Assembly (NCBI GenBank): GCA_002633005.1
Contig: NMRA01000020.1
Location: forward strand, 25,621 to 89,620
DNA from: Phoronis australis
Lineage: Eukaryota; Animalia; Phoronida
Direction of reading: 5' to 3'
Length of the DNA: 64,000 nt
Below, one piece after another: positions 10,401 to 22,300 of this stretch (position 1 is the first letter of the stretch; every line of letters starts with the position of its first letter). The notes under the pieces are model-generated. The model ran no database searches. It saw nothing but the letters and a program-made list of their open reading frames with translations, and had not been told where the DNA came from. The translations under genes and the position numbers were made by a program.

Positions 10401-13400
10401 TATAACTATAAAAGGTAGATTTACAATCATTATGTAACTTAGATGTTCACTGTGGTTTTGTGTTCTAATCTGGAGCTCGGGTCATTGATTGGAGAGCATT
10501 CTTAGTTACTGTTGCTAGTCACATGATGCACAACCCTGTGTTTGTAGCCAGTTGCCATGGTGATGAAGTCAAACTATCAATTATTTTTGGTGAACACGTG
10601 GAAAATTGAAAACTTAACATGGCTTTTGAAATTCGCCCATTGGATTTGGTGTTAGATGTTGATTCATTTGGTGTTAGATGTTGATTCATTATCAGTTGGT
10701 AGGTGGCTACAATTGTGTTTGTATGATTTATTTTCCGACAACACAAAATGACATTGTTCTCTTGAAATGAAATCATCGACAGTGATCCAACCATCCATCC
10801 AATTCGAGCCAGCCATCCAAATTTACCCAATCTCCTGCCATGGCAGCCAGGTTTCCATGCCAACGCCAGTCCATTGCATCGCCATGCCAACCAACAGCGT
10901 TCCATTATCCATGCCAACCATTCCGAACCTTGCCAAACGTGCCATGACTCCAGCGCCCTCTGCCAGGACTTTTCCTGACCCAGCTGTCATGGTAACTTGT
11001 AACTGGGGTCGAGAGTATGCCGTCGGCATTGCTTAGTATTACTTGGTGTTGTTGTTTCGATGGATGTGTATATTATTGACTGTATGGCTCTCTGTGTGGT
11101 AGCTCTAGTCTTGCTGTGTCACTCTTTTCATGTTTGCCTTGTAAAAGTTAGTGGGATAACTCAAGACTGTCTTTATTCACCATAACTTGTGCATGAGTGT
11201 GTGGGATAAAACTGTTCTTTTCACTTTTGTAGTCGCAGAATATTGTAGGACTTTCCCATTAAAATTTCATTGAGCAAATATGGGTCCAAGGAAGCCAGCT
11301 AGGAAATGAGGTTGCTTATAGTGAATGGGCTTGAACCAGCATTATAATAAAACTACAATGAATAACTTTGTCAGTCTGAGTACAGTACCGTGTACAGTTT
11401 TGCTATTCAAATCGTGGGATTATCATTATTCCAGATGTGCCAGTTGGAAAAACTCCGTATTTGGTCTTCATTTCCATCTCAATCTTGGTTTTTCTTTGCT
11501 ATTTTGACAGTCGGCTAATGTTGAACACGTTGGAATACAAGTTAGAACGTAGTTGGTAAATTTTTCCATCTCATTATGACGTTGTTACTGTTGGTTAAGC
11601 CATGGTTCACAGTGCATGCTAGTAATACTGCCTGAGTGTTTTGTTGTGTCATCCTCAAACTTTGCACTTCATGATTAGGGTCTTCACAAATTGACGTTTC
11701 TTAAATGTTCAGTACAGTGTGTGCTTATTAGACAAAGATGTAGTATCCCACAGTTTAAGAGAAAGTTTGACAGTGCAAGAGAATCCAGCTAGGTGACTGC
11801 ATAGAAAAAAAACATGGCCTCCCATTTTATACGCAAATACTTTTTACACCTGTCACGTTAGGACAGCCATAAGGTGTTGTTACTATTATTATTATTATCA
11901 GGGCTTGGAATTTTCCGTGGAAACGCGGATTTCCGCTTTTTTCAAATGTGCTTTCCGCTTTTTTTATAATATTTCCGCGTAAAAAAATCGGATTTGATAT
12001 AAAATTTCCGCGGCAAATTCCTTTCTTACCGCGACGTTGCAGACGACGTTCACCTCGAAAAGCGGAAGTTGCTGTTTATGTTTCGGAGGAACGTAAATTT
12101 TCAACATTGCCGGGGCATCTGGGACAGCGTGGTGGGATGTTCAATGGCGTCTCTTGTTATTGTTATGCGCGACGACAAATACTGCTGCTCTGCAGCCAAA
12201 AATGTGTGGGTTGGGAGTGGACGGGCGAGCTAAAAGGACGCAGACGCATGCTACTGATGGTGGTAACGTTTTTTTTTTTTAGTCCTCCCGATTTTTGTCG
12301 GGGAAAGGTTCACATTGACCATTTCAAGGCTGGTTATTGGGCATGATTTGGGCCGTAAAAGTTTCAAAGTTTCCGCGTTTTTTGCCATTGGTCATTCCAA
12401 GCCCTGTATTATACTATGTGGTGTACTGGTGGATGGAGGATGTTGTGTGGGGAGGGGACCAACAACTATGTTTGATGCAAAAATTTCTGTTTGAAGCCCC
12501 AAAAACTGCAAATCGGCGGTGTTGTTTGGTTGTGTTGGGGGCCTTAAGTCCACATACGCTGTGTGTACCACAGTACCAGGCAATATATGAGGCATCTTTT
12601 TTGCGGTAAACATTCTGCAGTTTGGCAATCTCTAAAATTTGGTGCACTAACATTCTACCTGAAATTGAATTTTCGTAATTCTGAAGATTGGGACGTGGAC
12701 GATTTTGGCATTGATCATATTTCTGAAATATCAGATACTGGATTTTGTATTAACTGCCTGAAAATATAGTAGGGGTTCATGAAATTGTCGCAAATGGCTG
12801 CGAATACATTTTCATGCATCCCTGCAGTTTGTGACATTGAGGAGAATAATCTTTTAATTACATGGCATACATTCTCTCTGTAATGTTGACGCCTTCCTTG
12901 TAATTCTTGAATTTGGGGCGGCACATATTGGGTATTTCTAAAATGTGGTACAAGCTCCCAACTTGTCATTGCAAAATGATGAATATTTCCACTCTCCCAA
13001 ATTGGAGAATTTTTACCACATCAGCACTTAATGTCACTACACACTGTATTTTCTGGAGCAAAGCACTGTTATGCGTGTGAACTAGACTACCGGGCAGAAT
13101 CAAAGAACAACTTTACATTTGTGCTCTTGATTACAGAGAGGTCACATGACATATATATGTGGCAATTACAGAGAGGTCACATGACACACATATAGATATA
13201 TATATATATATATATACATATGTATATATATATGGAAATGCCTTAACTGAGCATGTTTTCTAGAAAAACTTTGTGCGTCATTCTCTACAAATATTTATGC
13301 ATAGCCACTAGAAAGGTGCAGCTGTGGCTACACCCCGAGTATTGTCACAAGTGTGTGTGTATGTCTCAATTATCTGCGTAATTCTGTGTATAAATGTTGG

Positions 13401-15668
13401 CTGATACCATCGATCCGTAATACAGATATCTGTCCACAAGTATGTGACTCCTCAAGTTTTCGTTGCAGGACGCGATTCGTTATGAAAATGGACGGAGCTT
13501 GCTGGGCACTACCATCATAGTGGAGTATGCTAAAGGCAAGCCGAGACCGACAGTGAGTTAACGGGGCATATTCTTAGTCAAGTACTCAGTAGTATCCAAT
13601 TAAGGGTATCTGCAATTTTATAGTTTTTCACTCCTTGCTATACATCTTTACGCCAGTTCTATGTTTCTTCCTGCTGATGATGATGGATGTTCAGGTCGAA
13701 AATATAGGATTAAATGTATATTTATTTATATATTCATGTTCTCTTTGTTTTCACAATGAATATCGGGCAGCTGTTACATTATGGGCCTATACAAGAATGT
13801 TTGTCTTTCTGAGGGTGCGAGAGGATTGTGAGGAAGCTACAATCTGCAGAAGCTTTTGTAGTGTGTAATACGATTTGCTTAATTGGAAATTTGCAGCCAA
13901 CATAGACAAATGTTAGTCAAAATACTGTATACTGTAGCCCCATCATTATGTGTCTGTATGTAGGTCAGGTATGGAGATATCACACCGATTTGTATTACGT
14001 TGTTGGTTGTTGATAAATAACTCGATGAAAAAAGTCAACATTTCTGTGTGGACTTGCCCATACTATTCAGGTTTAGCTAATATTTGTAACATTTTTTATG
14101 ATTCCATGGAAATTCAACATTCAGTAAAGTTTCCTCAAAACTGAACAAAACGAATAGCCCAAATTGTTTCATTTCTCAAAAGCCCAGTGTGTTGCCAAAG
14201 TGTTCAGAATTTCATTGATGACATCCGTACTATCAATTTTAAATAATCAAGTACAATTGTCTTCTTGTTTACTACTGTTGTTGAAAATTTTAATAAAATA
14301 ATAAAAATGTTACTGTTTTGCCTAATTGTGTTCTCAAACATTTGTAAGTCTGGTCAGCACATCACCTGTTGGCCACATCTCGTGATATGGCCTATTGAAC
14401 ATAAGTCTGAAAAGATTTCTGCCCCCAACCGGAACTTGAACCCATTACCTTCAGCTAACTGCAGACCAACAGATGGCATGCAGACCAGACTTAAAAATGT
14501 TTGTGATCTATATTTCCACTCCGATTTACATATTGTGTTCTAATTTGAAGAAACTTTACATTAGTTTTTGTCTGATAAACATTTCCTGGGAATACTAATC
14601 ACAAATTGGAAAGTTGTATTAGGTTGCCACATTGGCCAGTTACTAAGTAAATGGATAAAAGTGAACCAAGAACTGTATCAGAGTTCTACTACGCAGTAGA
14701 TATATACGTTAGGTGTTGAGGAAAGAAATGTCCCTGGTGTCAATGGTCGATATTTCGAATATAGACGTCGCTTATTTAAAATATTTGATGTGCAATCGTT
14801 TGTCAGAGAAACTTCCTGTATTTGTGGCAGACACACTGAAAATTGTGATTGAAAATCTTTCTCGATTTGCTGTTAAATTGGTTGTTGTCCGTCTTTCAGT
14901 CGGACTGGCGTGACTCTGGCTACAGGAGCAGACGTAGATCGCCACCACCACCACCACGCAGAAGGTACCGTCAAACTTTCTGGACTGCAGATAAAATGGC
15001 CGCCAGACTTGCTCTTCTATACTGAAGCACGTTGATAAATAAGATCACCCAGGTCGTCAATTGGCTAGCTCTAAATTATATTGAATCTAACTTTGTTGAG
15101 TGTCTCAAGATTAGAACATTCTGGTGGCCATTTTGCAATTTGTAAAATAAGAAATAGAGTGGAATTTATTATTCTTGAGTTCTCCGACTCCACTTGGAAG
15201 ATTGTTTGCCGTCTGACGTTTCAAAAACTTGGAGAATCTTAGAATGCAATTTTTTATCCCGCAAGACGAGAGTTGAATTGGGGACATGGCTATTTCATGC
15301 CAAGTTTTTATTACTGTTTAACTGTACTCGAAAGGACTGCTCATAAAGTAATACATTTGCTTACCCAGAAATTGAAGAAAGACATATGCAGGCTTGCATG
15401 TACTTTGTACATTGCCATGGTTTTTTCTAGACGATCGTACTCTCGGTCCCGCTCGCGGTCACGCAGCAGAGACCGGTCAAGCAGACGGCGCAAGTATTCT
15501 CGATCGCAGTCTCGTTCAAGATCAAGATCCAGGTCAGACAGAAAGAAGTCCAGTTCCAAGTCTCCAAGACGGTCGCAAAGTGCAGAAAGGAACGGAAGTC
15601 GCGCCAAGTCTGGCTCGAGGTCAAAAAGTCCGTCCAGATCTCGTAGTAGGTCGAAAAGCACAGACTAA
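1477..15668 (+). CDS. Serine/arginine-rich splicing factor (single RRM + RS domain; SRSF3/7-like architecture, no Zn knuckle found); about 203 aa, 7 exons
   Basis: Exons 1477-1510, 2360-2497, 6495-6506, 9803-9843, 13469-13552, 14900-14964 and 15431-15668 are all AG/GT bounded and phase-compatible (612 nt). Translation: MADDLWRLTTREPCSDTT-MPREGRSLFVGRIDKRSTTRDLEDIFDRYGHLTRCEIKYG-AEM-AYAFVNYDDSKAAA-DAIRYENGRSLLGTTIIVEYAKGKPRPT-SDWRDSGYRSRRRSPPPPPRRR-RSYSRSRSRSRSR...KSTD*. RNP2 (LFVGRI), RNP1 (AYAFVNY) and an RS tail are present. The start could instead be the in-frame ATG at 2380. Confidence 0.9.
1921..2290 (-). pseudogene. Possible decayed 3' end of a LINE (L1/Tx1-like RT C-terminal region)
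   Basis: Broken minus-strand frame ...SLYCFVPLNIKEYTYILFFCDQAFF...NLIHDAKRFIFVAC loosely resembles the zf-RVT / 'HLFFEC...AKYFIY' tail of L1/Tx1 ORF2. It is very degenerate. Confidence 0.25.
3050..3983 (+). mobile_element. Merlin (IS1595/ISXO2-like) transposon relic: internal tandem repeats plus a C-terminal transposase fragment
   Basis: ORF 3633-3983 contains [33 protein letters not shown]...LPSHLDEFMW, the H..VNHS..F...G.HTN.IE..W...K...YLDEF.W signature of DDE_Tnp_IS1595. It is preceded by about 3 imperfect 170-190-bp repeats (starting near 3078, 3271, 3441) rich in GACCAC/GTGGTC. Confidence 0.8.
4414..5788. mobile_element. Non-autonomous hAT-like element (about 1.4 kb)
   Basis: 17-bp TIR CAGGGCTCAACAYTAAC with 1 mismatch. 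Clusters of subterminal TTGCCCG/CGGGCAAG motifs at both ends. No clear TSD. Confidence 0.7.
6185..6372. mobile_element. Inverted pair of decayed minimal hammerhead-ribozyme motifs flanking a tRNA-like segment (Penelope/retrozyme- or Sm-alpha-SINE-like relic)
   Basis: Plus arm: CAC-CTGAAGA-T-GGCTGGAGAAATGACCGACT-GAAAC-ATC (6331-6369). The 6185-6238 arm is its imperfect reverse complement and has an intact GGTCA/TGACC stem II. The tRNA-like core spans 6225-6292. Confidence 0.5.
7167..7693. mobile_element. TTAA-flanked MITE (Kolobok/piggyBac-type), with a related copy at about 53517-53870
   Basis: Ends are TTAA|AGTTATGT..AGGACC and GGTCCTACATAACC|TAAA. The sequence from 53517 (TTAAGGTTATGGAGGACTCTAGAAAAATGT...) aligns to the reverse complement of about 7540-7695. 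A similar end, CCTACATAACC, occurs at about 36270. Confidence 0.5.
7804..8200 (+). mobile_element. Internally deleted ISL2EU/Harbinger-like DNA transposon retaining the start of a THAP-domain ORF
   Basis: TIRs AGGGCTGTCCCGGATTA and AGGGCCATTCCGGATTA are each flanked by AT (7802-7803, 8201-8202). ORF 7984-8130, MPTKYYCCAVGCNSDTRK...VKFFTFP, is the N-terminal half of a THAP zinc finger. Confidence 0.7.
8234..9486 (-). mobile_element. Non-autonomous Helentron/Helitron2-type element (HINE / DINE-1-like)
   Basis: Perfect 12-bp subterminal inverted repeats ACTCTGCGCGTG (8271-8282 / 9473-9484) and an extra IR at 9461-9469. An (AAGAAT)n microsatellite at about 9396-9432. About 2 central units of about 430 bp (starting near 8388, 8820, 9248). 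A 3' stem-loop TTATTGTCA-5 nt-TGACAATAA (8245-8267) followed by CTAG-TT on the minus strand. Confidence 0.8.
10783..10991 (+). other. Candidate NMD 'poison' cassette exon in intron 4 of the SR gene
   Basis: Acceptor GACAG|TGA and donor ATG|GTAACT. The first codon is a stop in the phase-0 frame coming from exon 4. The body is strongly CCA/CCAT-rich. Confidence 0.55.
11899..12406. mobile_element. hAT-like MITE
   Basis: 13-bp perfect TIR CAGGGCTTGGAAT. Flanked by TATTAT on both sides, within an ATT microsatellite. Subterminal TTTCCGC repeats. Confidence 0.7.
12602..13020. mobile_element. MITE with imperfect TIRs; related end at about 43140-43190
   Basis: Left end TGCGGTAAACATTCTGCAGTTTGG versus right end CCAAATTGGAGAATTTTTACCACA. 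A similar terminus, CCAAACTGGAGAATGTTTACCATA, occurs at about 43167. Confidence 0.45.
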
Positions 15669-16132
15669 GAATGTTTTCGCTGTGATTGTTTTGTTTTTGT
15701 TGTTGTAGAGACATTTCATTCAAGTTTTGAGCCGTCTCATCATTACCATGTTTCATCCTCCATAAGTTGACATTACCTTCCCTTTTGTCCCTATCAGTGT
15801 ATTGTGTGAAGCACTAATATTCATGATTACCACCTTATTTCTTGCACAAATTTATAGCTATTATTGTCTTTGGCAACGAAGATACATGCTTGTAGTCAAT
15901 GGTAGGAGAAAAATGATCTATCAACATACACTGGTTTTAGATAATAAAAATATAGTATTTAATATGAATCGTAGTACATGTACGTTTGCTGGGGAACGGG
16001 ATAGGGTAGGATGGGACACTGGACACAGAGTAACCCATTAAAGTTGGTTTCTACGCTTCACATTTAGTCGCCAATGTAAAAAAAGATGTATTTTGGAGCA
16101 AAAAAGGTATGATGTAGTGTACTTGCTTTTAT

Positions 16133-16138
16133 AATAAA
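16133..16138 (+). promoter_or_regulatory. Probable poly(A) signal of the SR gene
   Basis: AATAAA about 465 nt after the stop, followed by a T/GT-rich tract. A second AATAAA lies at 15943. Confidence 0.5.
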
Positions 16139-17231
16139 TTAAATTTAATATTCAAACATGAAGTTATGTTTTCTGCTATGATGGAAGTTTTTATGTTAAG
16201 CTTTTGACCTGGTGGTGAATAACTAAAGTTTTTGCATTGAGGAGGAATACCTTATGTAATAGACCACTTGCAGGTTTCTCAACTCAGTAGAGGAAGTGGG
16301 ACAAAGCTGCCATCTTGTGGCATAAACTCTAATGTCTATACTCTCGCATATGGAAGACCAGCATAAGGTCTCACAAACCCCAGATGCATTACCACTGTGC
16401 TGCATGAACTCGAAGGAAGTGGGTTAAAAATCCATGTTTTTTGTATCTGGCAAAAGGTCTATTTCAGTAGATGTGTAAATTTAAAACCGTTACTAGTACA
16501 ACAGCAACGTGATTGTAAAACTTTACTACTGAGACCACATACACAATCAGCTTCACTGTAGCACCCACTGACTATGTTAACAATGGTGATGAGACCTCCA
16601 TGCAAAGCCTGTTGACTACGTGGGAGCCTATTTTGATCTTTTGGAGCATACTTCTAATATACATTATAAGTAAAGATGGGAGTATAGGGTATGCCGTTAC
16701 ATCGCTACATAAAACCACCGGAAGTCTGGAGAGATTCGCAATCTCGTTACTGCATGACGCATGTGTCGATCGCTGTGATTGGGGTCATTCATTGTCTGAA
16801 CTTTATGGAAGGTCAAGCAGCAAGTAATGTGCCTGTAATGTAGTGGTGAGAATGCAAACTTCGCTAGACTTCCGCAAATTCTTTGTACCAATGTAATCAG
16901 TGTATGCAATACTCCTTTACATGTGGTGTATACTACAGGAATGTTCTAAAAAGATTGAAATAATCACCCATGGTAAACTATATAGCACCACAAGAACACC
17001 TTGTAATCGTAGTAGGAATAGTTAGTGACAGCTCATTCTCATGGTACTGATACACACACCAGGAAGGCTTCAGCATAAACAGAACATTAATAAGGGCACA
17101 AATAGCATAACTAGTTCTGGTCTGCACCAGACTCATTTCCAAAACTGTGCACCAGGTGGCGGTGCAGGTAAAAAAGGATTATCCATTACAGCAGGCATCA
17201 GGCGACACTGGAGGTAAAAAAAGATTCCAAC

Positions 17232-17380
17232 CAGTGTTCGAAATACACGCTGGTCCGGTGTACAGTGGCCAGTGTATTTGCGGCCACGCCAGCAACTTTT
17301 AAAAGTAAAGTTGGCGCCTGGGCTAGTTCATTTTCAGACTAACTGGGCCAGCACATTTATTTGCTGAAGTTCGAACACTG
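17232..17380. mobile_element. Short hAT-type MITE; partial second copy at about 44083-44164
   Basis: 11-bp TIR CAGTGTTCGAA and an imperfect 8-bp TSD ATTCCAAC/ATCCCATC. The second copy shares the GGGCCAGCA..TTTATTT.CTGAAGTTCGAACACTG end. Confidence 0.65.
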
Positions 17381-19395
17381 ATCCCATCCCATTTTAAATG
17401 GCATCGGGTGGCTTTCTTTTCGAAAATGTCAACTAAAAATACCACATCACCACAATGGTTATTATAAAAGAACAATTATATTTTTGGCCTTCCACTTAAA
17501 ATTTCTTAAAGGGGAAAAAGCAAGTGTTTTAACGTTTCCTGGTTAATTTGGGAGACCATTTGCCCATTGTATGATAAAATCTCGCCAATTTCTAACAAAA
17601 ATAATTGTCAAAATTGGTCTTTCAGGTTTCAAAGACATTAAACGTTCTGAATAGCCAAAATTTCTTGAAATTATTGTTTCATGTTGTGTTACAGAGCTTA
17701 AATACGAAGGATGTAAAAAGGGAGGAAATACCCCTTTAATATTTCGTTCTTAAAAATTCTGGAATTCATACTAAATATTGACAGATTTTGAAACAGTATA
17801 ATTATGTGAAAGTAAAACATTACTGAGATAAGGTACAGATTCAGAGATGGTGCATTCCCATTCTTGCAGTGTTCCTACAGCCTTTTTTGTCCCGATTGAC
17901 ACATTGAATTTGTTTTGTGTGATGCTGTGGAGATCCGATACATTCCAGTACATTTTGCCAAATTTTCTGCCTCTGGCCTAGATCTTAGCTCTGCCTAACG
18001 GACAACTGAGGGCATTCAGTCTGACTAAAAAACAGCCGCTTTAAATTTTGTAGTCACAGCTGGAAGGCATGGAATGTTCAGTAAAAACTGATGGTAGAAA
18101 GCAACATTAACTTTGGAGTAAAACCTTGCAACACATCAATGATGACACCATGTTCTATTCAACATTAACAAAGGCTTGAATTGTCTCTGGACCACCGATC
18201 ATAAAACTTGTATAAATTTACCATATTTGAACACATTTAAGCAACATACGTAATACAGATACCATTGACTGTTTTACATAATTCTGCATTTCAGAAATAT
18301 AAAAATATGACCCGCAATATTGTGCACAGCCCTGAACATTTACACTCTGCAGTTAAAATTGAAATTGTAATGTTTTCGGCTGCCTCACATGACCCTACTT
18401 GTAATAAAATTCTTTGTACACAGTCAACGATTTACATCCCTAGTTCCTCTTGACATCATTAGTTTTAGAAAGGCATAACAGTGAAGGCCCAAAACATTAA
18501 CTAGGTAGGGAAATCATTGACTTATTGCACTAAGAACTTTATTCAAATTATGATATATCCTATCAAATGAAACTATTTCATTACCTCACATGATCACATT
18601 TCTTTGAGCACATAGGTCAATTTAGCTATGAATAACAATTTGGATCAGTAAAGATTCCTCCGTATCAGAGATGCTAAGTGCTATAAATTTTTTTGATAGG
18701 GCGCCACATGCAAAAACTTGTGCGCGCTAAACAGAGCACACCCACTCAAATGGACAAATCCAACTTGGATAATATGAAAATCTTTCAAGATATGTATAAC
18801 TTTCAGGAACTAAAATACTCCGTGACATTACCTTGTTGACTCTCAGTGCTAAATAATTAGTAATAACGCCTGACATGAGGGGTTGCATGAAACTGTTGCT
18901 AAATATCAATTTTCCGAAATGACAAAATCAAACGCGTCTTAAAATATGAGGAATTGGCTTATGGCATACTAAATGTTACTAAATGTCACTAAAATAACAG
19001 ATTACCGCTAACTAACGAATTACCAACAAGGCTCACCAAGAAGACAAAAGGAATCTTTTTGATAAAGACAACATGACAAACCACAGTTAATTCACTACTT
19101 GCACACTTTGCTGTTGCTGCAAAAATGATTGTTGTGCATTGTTGCTTAGGATACAATGCCTCGTTTTGACATCAGTTTTAACCACGCAAACGCAAAAGGG
19201 CGTGTGTTCCAAACATGCAAACATCTGTAATTTGGACACAACACCTCGTTTTAAAACATAATGGCGAATTCGTGTGAGCAGTGAATACACGAATCGTGTT
19301 CAGCAAGTAAATTGAGAAACTTTTATTGTGAGCGTTGATTCAAAAATCACAAGCACTCAAAGAAAAAAAATGACACTTCCACTTGATATAACTGG

Positions 19396-22300
19396 CTAAC
19401 TGTTGGGATGAACCCTGTTCTGTTCAGACTGAATAAGCTCCTCCTGTAATAACTGCAGCGTAGCCATCAAAGAGTCGCGCTCGCGTCTCAAATGCTCGAT
19501 TTCTTCATTCTTCATTAAAATGGACGCGTTAAGCATGTCGTTTTCCTTGGCTACCAACTCAAAACGTTCCACAGAAATCCCCCTTTCCTTATCGTCCGAG
19601 CTGTTATCCAAATGGTTAGTTGAAGTGTTCTCAATCATGTCATCAGTCTGTTGGCTAGTGTTCTCCGTCAATGAACTTTCAACTTGACTGAGAGAATTTC
19701 TCAGTTCCGACACTGTTTTCTCCAGACTCTCATTCTCTGTTTCCAGTCTCTCTAGTGATTTGTGCAAAAGTAATTTTTCATCACATAAAGATTGTACCTG
19801 ACTTTCTAAGTTACACAGATTGGAAAATGATTGTTCAGCACCTACCCCTTCGACTCCTGAAAGTAAACGGAATCAAAATATTTCAGTATGAGTAGACAAA
19901 CACAACAAATTAGCTGCGAGATGCAGTTTTTGAATATGTGATTATACCCATCAAGACAAATTTATGGAACAATGGCATTTCTATTTGCCGACAATTTTCT
20001 ATTTCAAGTGTCCACCCCTTCCCATAAGATTTTTACTACAAGAGACTTGTCACTGAATTACAAGAGACTTGTCACTGAATAACAAGAAACTAATCAAGAC
20101 CCTTTTGGCATTGTTCACATATTCAGATTTAAAAGGATACCAAACCTGCTTTTGGACTGGTAACAGATACTAAAAATGACTTTAACATCCAGTTTACAGC
20201 AACAAAATAATGCCCTGTAACCCTCGACAACCCTAAAAAACTTGGAGCAATTCCTTAAAAAGTCTTGTTAAACCGGCAAGCATCACCTACGCTATAGGTG
20301 AGTTACTCAACAACTGTAGGGAAAGACCACCTACCAAGAACCATAACATCCTATCTGTGTCACATAGATTTTGAGTTTTTAGTTGAATCCAGCTTTTATC
20401 ACTCACATGGGGGCGCCAATGATGCATTAGCAGATGACACACCGAGGATTGGTTGAAATCATCAAAACGGGGTTTGTTAATCCTTTTATGATAACTGGAG
20501 AAAACATACACTTAATAGAACGTGATTTGTATTTTGCATTATTTCAAGGCACAGAGACACCTACCGGCCGATACGTGAAAAGCACCATCTAGTGTTCGTA
20601 TGACGACATTCTTGTGAACGTGGACATTTATTGGAACAGGACGAGGCAGGGATGAATTCGCAGGCAAGCGATCATCCTGTAAATTATGAGCGACAAAATT
20701 CATTAGTGGGTACAGAAGTTTGAGGTTGCTGACTTTTGGTCGCATTAGATAAACTGCAAAATGACAAATTTAAGAACAACAAAAACTTTTTTTTCGAAAT
20801 CATACATGAACAGTGAATTACAGTCACGTTTACGGACTCATTACGTCTATAAAACCAATGCCAGTGAAAGGAATTTTATAAACTGAAGTCTTGACATTTC
20901 AAATGAATGCCCAATATTTTACTGAAACTGAAAGTTGCAGAGAAAGGTGGACCAATAATGATTGGAGAAAAAGGTGAACCAATGATGATTGCAGAGAAAG
21001 GTGAATCAATAATGATTGCAGAGAAAGGTGAACCAACAATGATTGCAGAGAAAGGTGAACCAATAATGATTGCAGAGAAAGGTGAACCAATAATGATTGC
21101 AGAGAAAGGTGAACCAATAATGACTGCAGAGAAAGGTGAACCAGTAATGACTGCAGAGAAAGGTGAGCCAGTAATGATTGCAGAGAAAGGTGAACCAGTA
21201 ATGATTGCAGAGAAAAGTGAACCAGTAATGATTGCAGAGAAAGGTGAACTAACAATGACTGCAGAGAAAGGTGAACCAATAATGATTGCAAAGAAAGGTG
21301 AACCAATGATTGCAGTTTTGTTTGAACAGCAATGATAACCTAGACAAAATGAAATGCAGACACTCCTTTAATAATGCAATGATTAAAAAGAAATTTCAAA
21401 TGCAATACGAAAACTTTTCCATATGTCAAGTCCCCCGCAGTGCTAATTTGGTCAAAGGCACAAATAAATCGAGTTAGCGGTGGTTAGTCTTCTCGTCAAA
21501 GGAATCAATGAGCTGCGTGTGGTCCATGTTTTACGCTAGGTAATTAGGAAACCTAAAAAAGGCTTCCTCAACACAGGACCTAAAACAATGGTTTTCATCA
21601 AAGATAGGGCTGAATGTGAATGCAGACTGAATTTCTTTAAGACTTTCATCTGCTATACCTCAAGGCGCAGTTTTACGTTTGTGACCACGACGCGTATGGG
21701 TACAGCTTCCGAAATTGTTTCATCCTCAAACAATTTGGCCATATTCATCACAGAGGACATCATCAAATGGAGCGAAAGGTCATCGACTTTGACGTCCAAA
21801 TGACCTCGTCCACCAGCACCTTCGACGATGAGATCAGCCGCAGGGCCTATTTTGAAGTCCACTTGCAAGGGGGCACTAGACAAGTTGGGAGGAGAGTACT
21901 CGTAGGCTAAGCTAGAGGCAACTGAAATTAAATATAGACACTTTATGACAAGAAATCACTACAGGCTTTGAAAGACTTCCTCAGATTTCTTATTATTCTG
22001 CATGTATTGGAGTATTCAGACAGTCCTAGCAAAGTATTAGTAAGACACAAGTAAACACCTAAACCCTACAATGCAGGCACATCAAATAATATGTGAAGCA
22101 GGCTTTTTCGCACCACATTGATTCACGGCAAAAATACAGTAAACAAAAAATGGTCAATAGCAATCGGTACCCACAGTAGAAGTACATATCTGCCACGGGT
22201 ATCAGAGTACATTGAACAGAACACCAACAAGCACGAATGTTATTCGTTGCTGTTTGAATTAACAGTAAATATTCCTGCTATTCATGACTTCAGTATGGGC

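Noticed and set aside
10519-11036. ORFs 10519-10917(-), 10767-11036(+) and 10823-11029(-) as a nested protein gene
   Set aside because: No recognisable domain. The CCA-rich composition suppresses stop codons, and a poison exon explains the region better.
13190-13235. (TA)n run and other short microsatellites
   Set aside because: Ordinary simple repeats with nothing unusual.
15341-15756. Antisense and alternative-frame ORFs over the RS exon
   Set aside because: Shadow frames of the low-complexity RS-coding sequence.
20899-21335. Repetitive ORFs on both strands (MIAEKGEP / LSLQSLLVH), superficially collagen- or LRR-like
   Set aside because: By-product of a 27-bp (multiple of 3) intronic minisatellite. 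The flanking BLTP3 exons join in phase without it.
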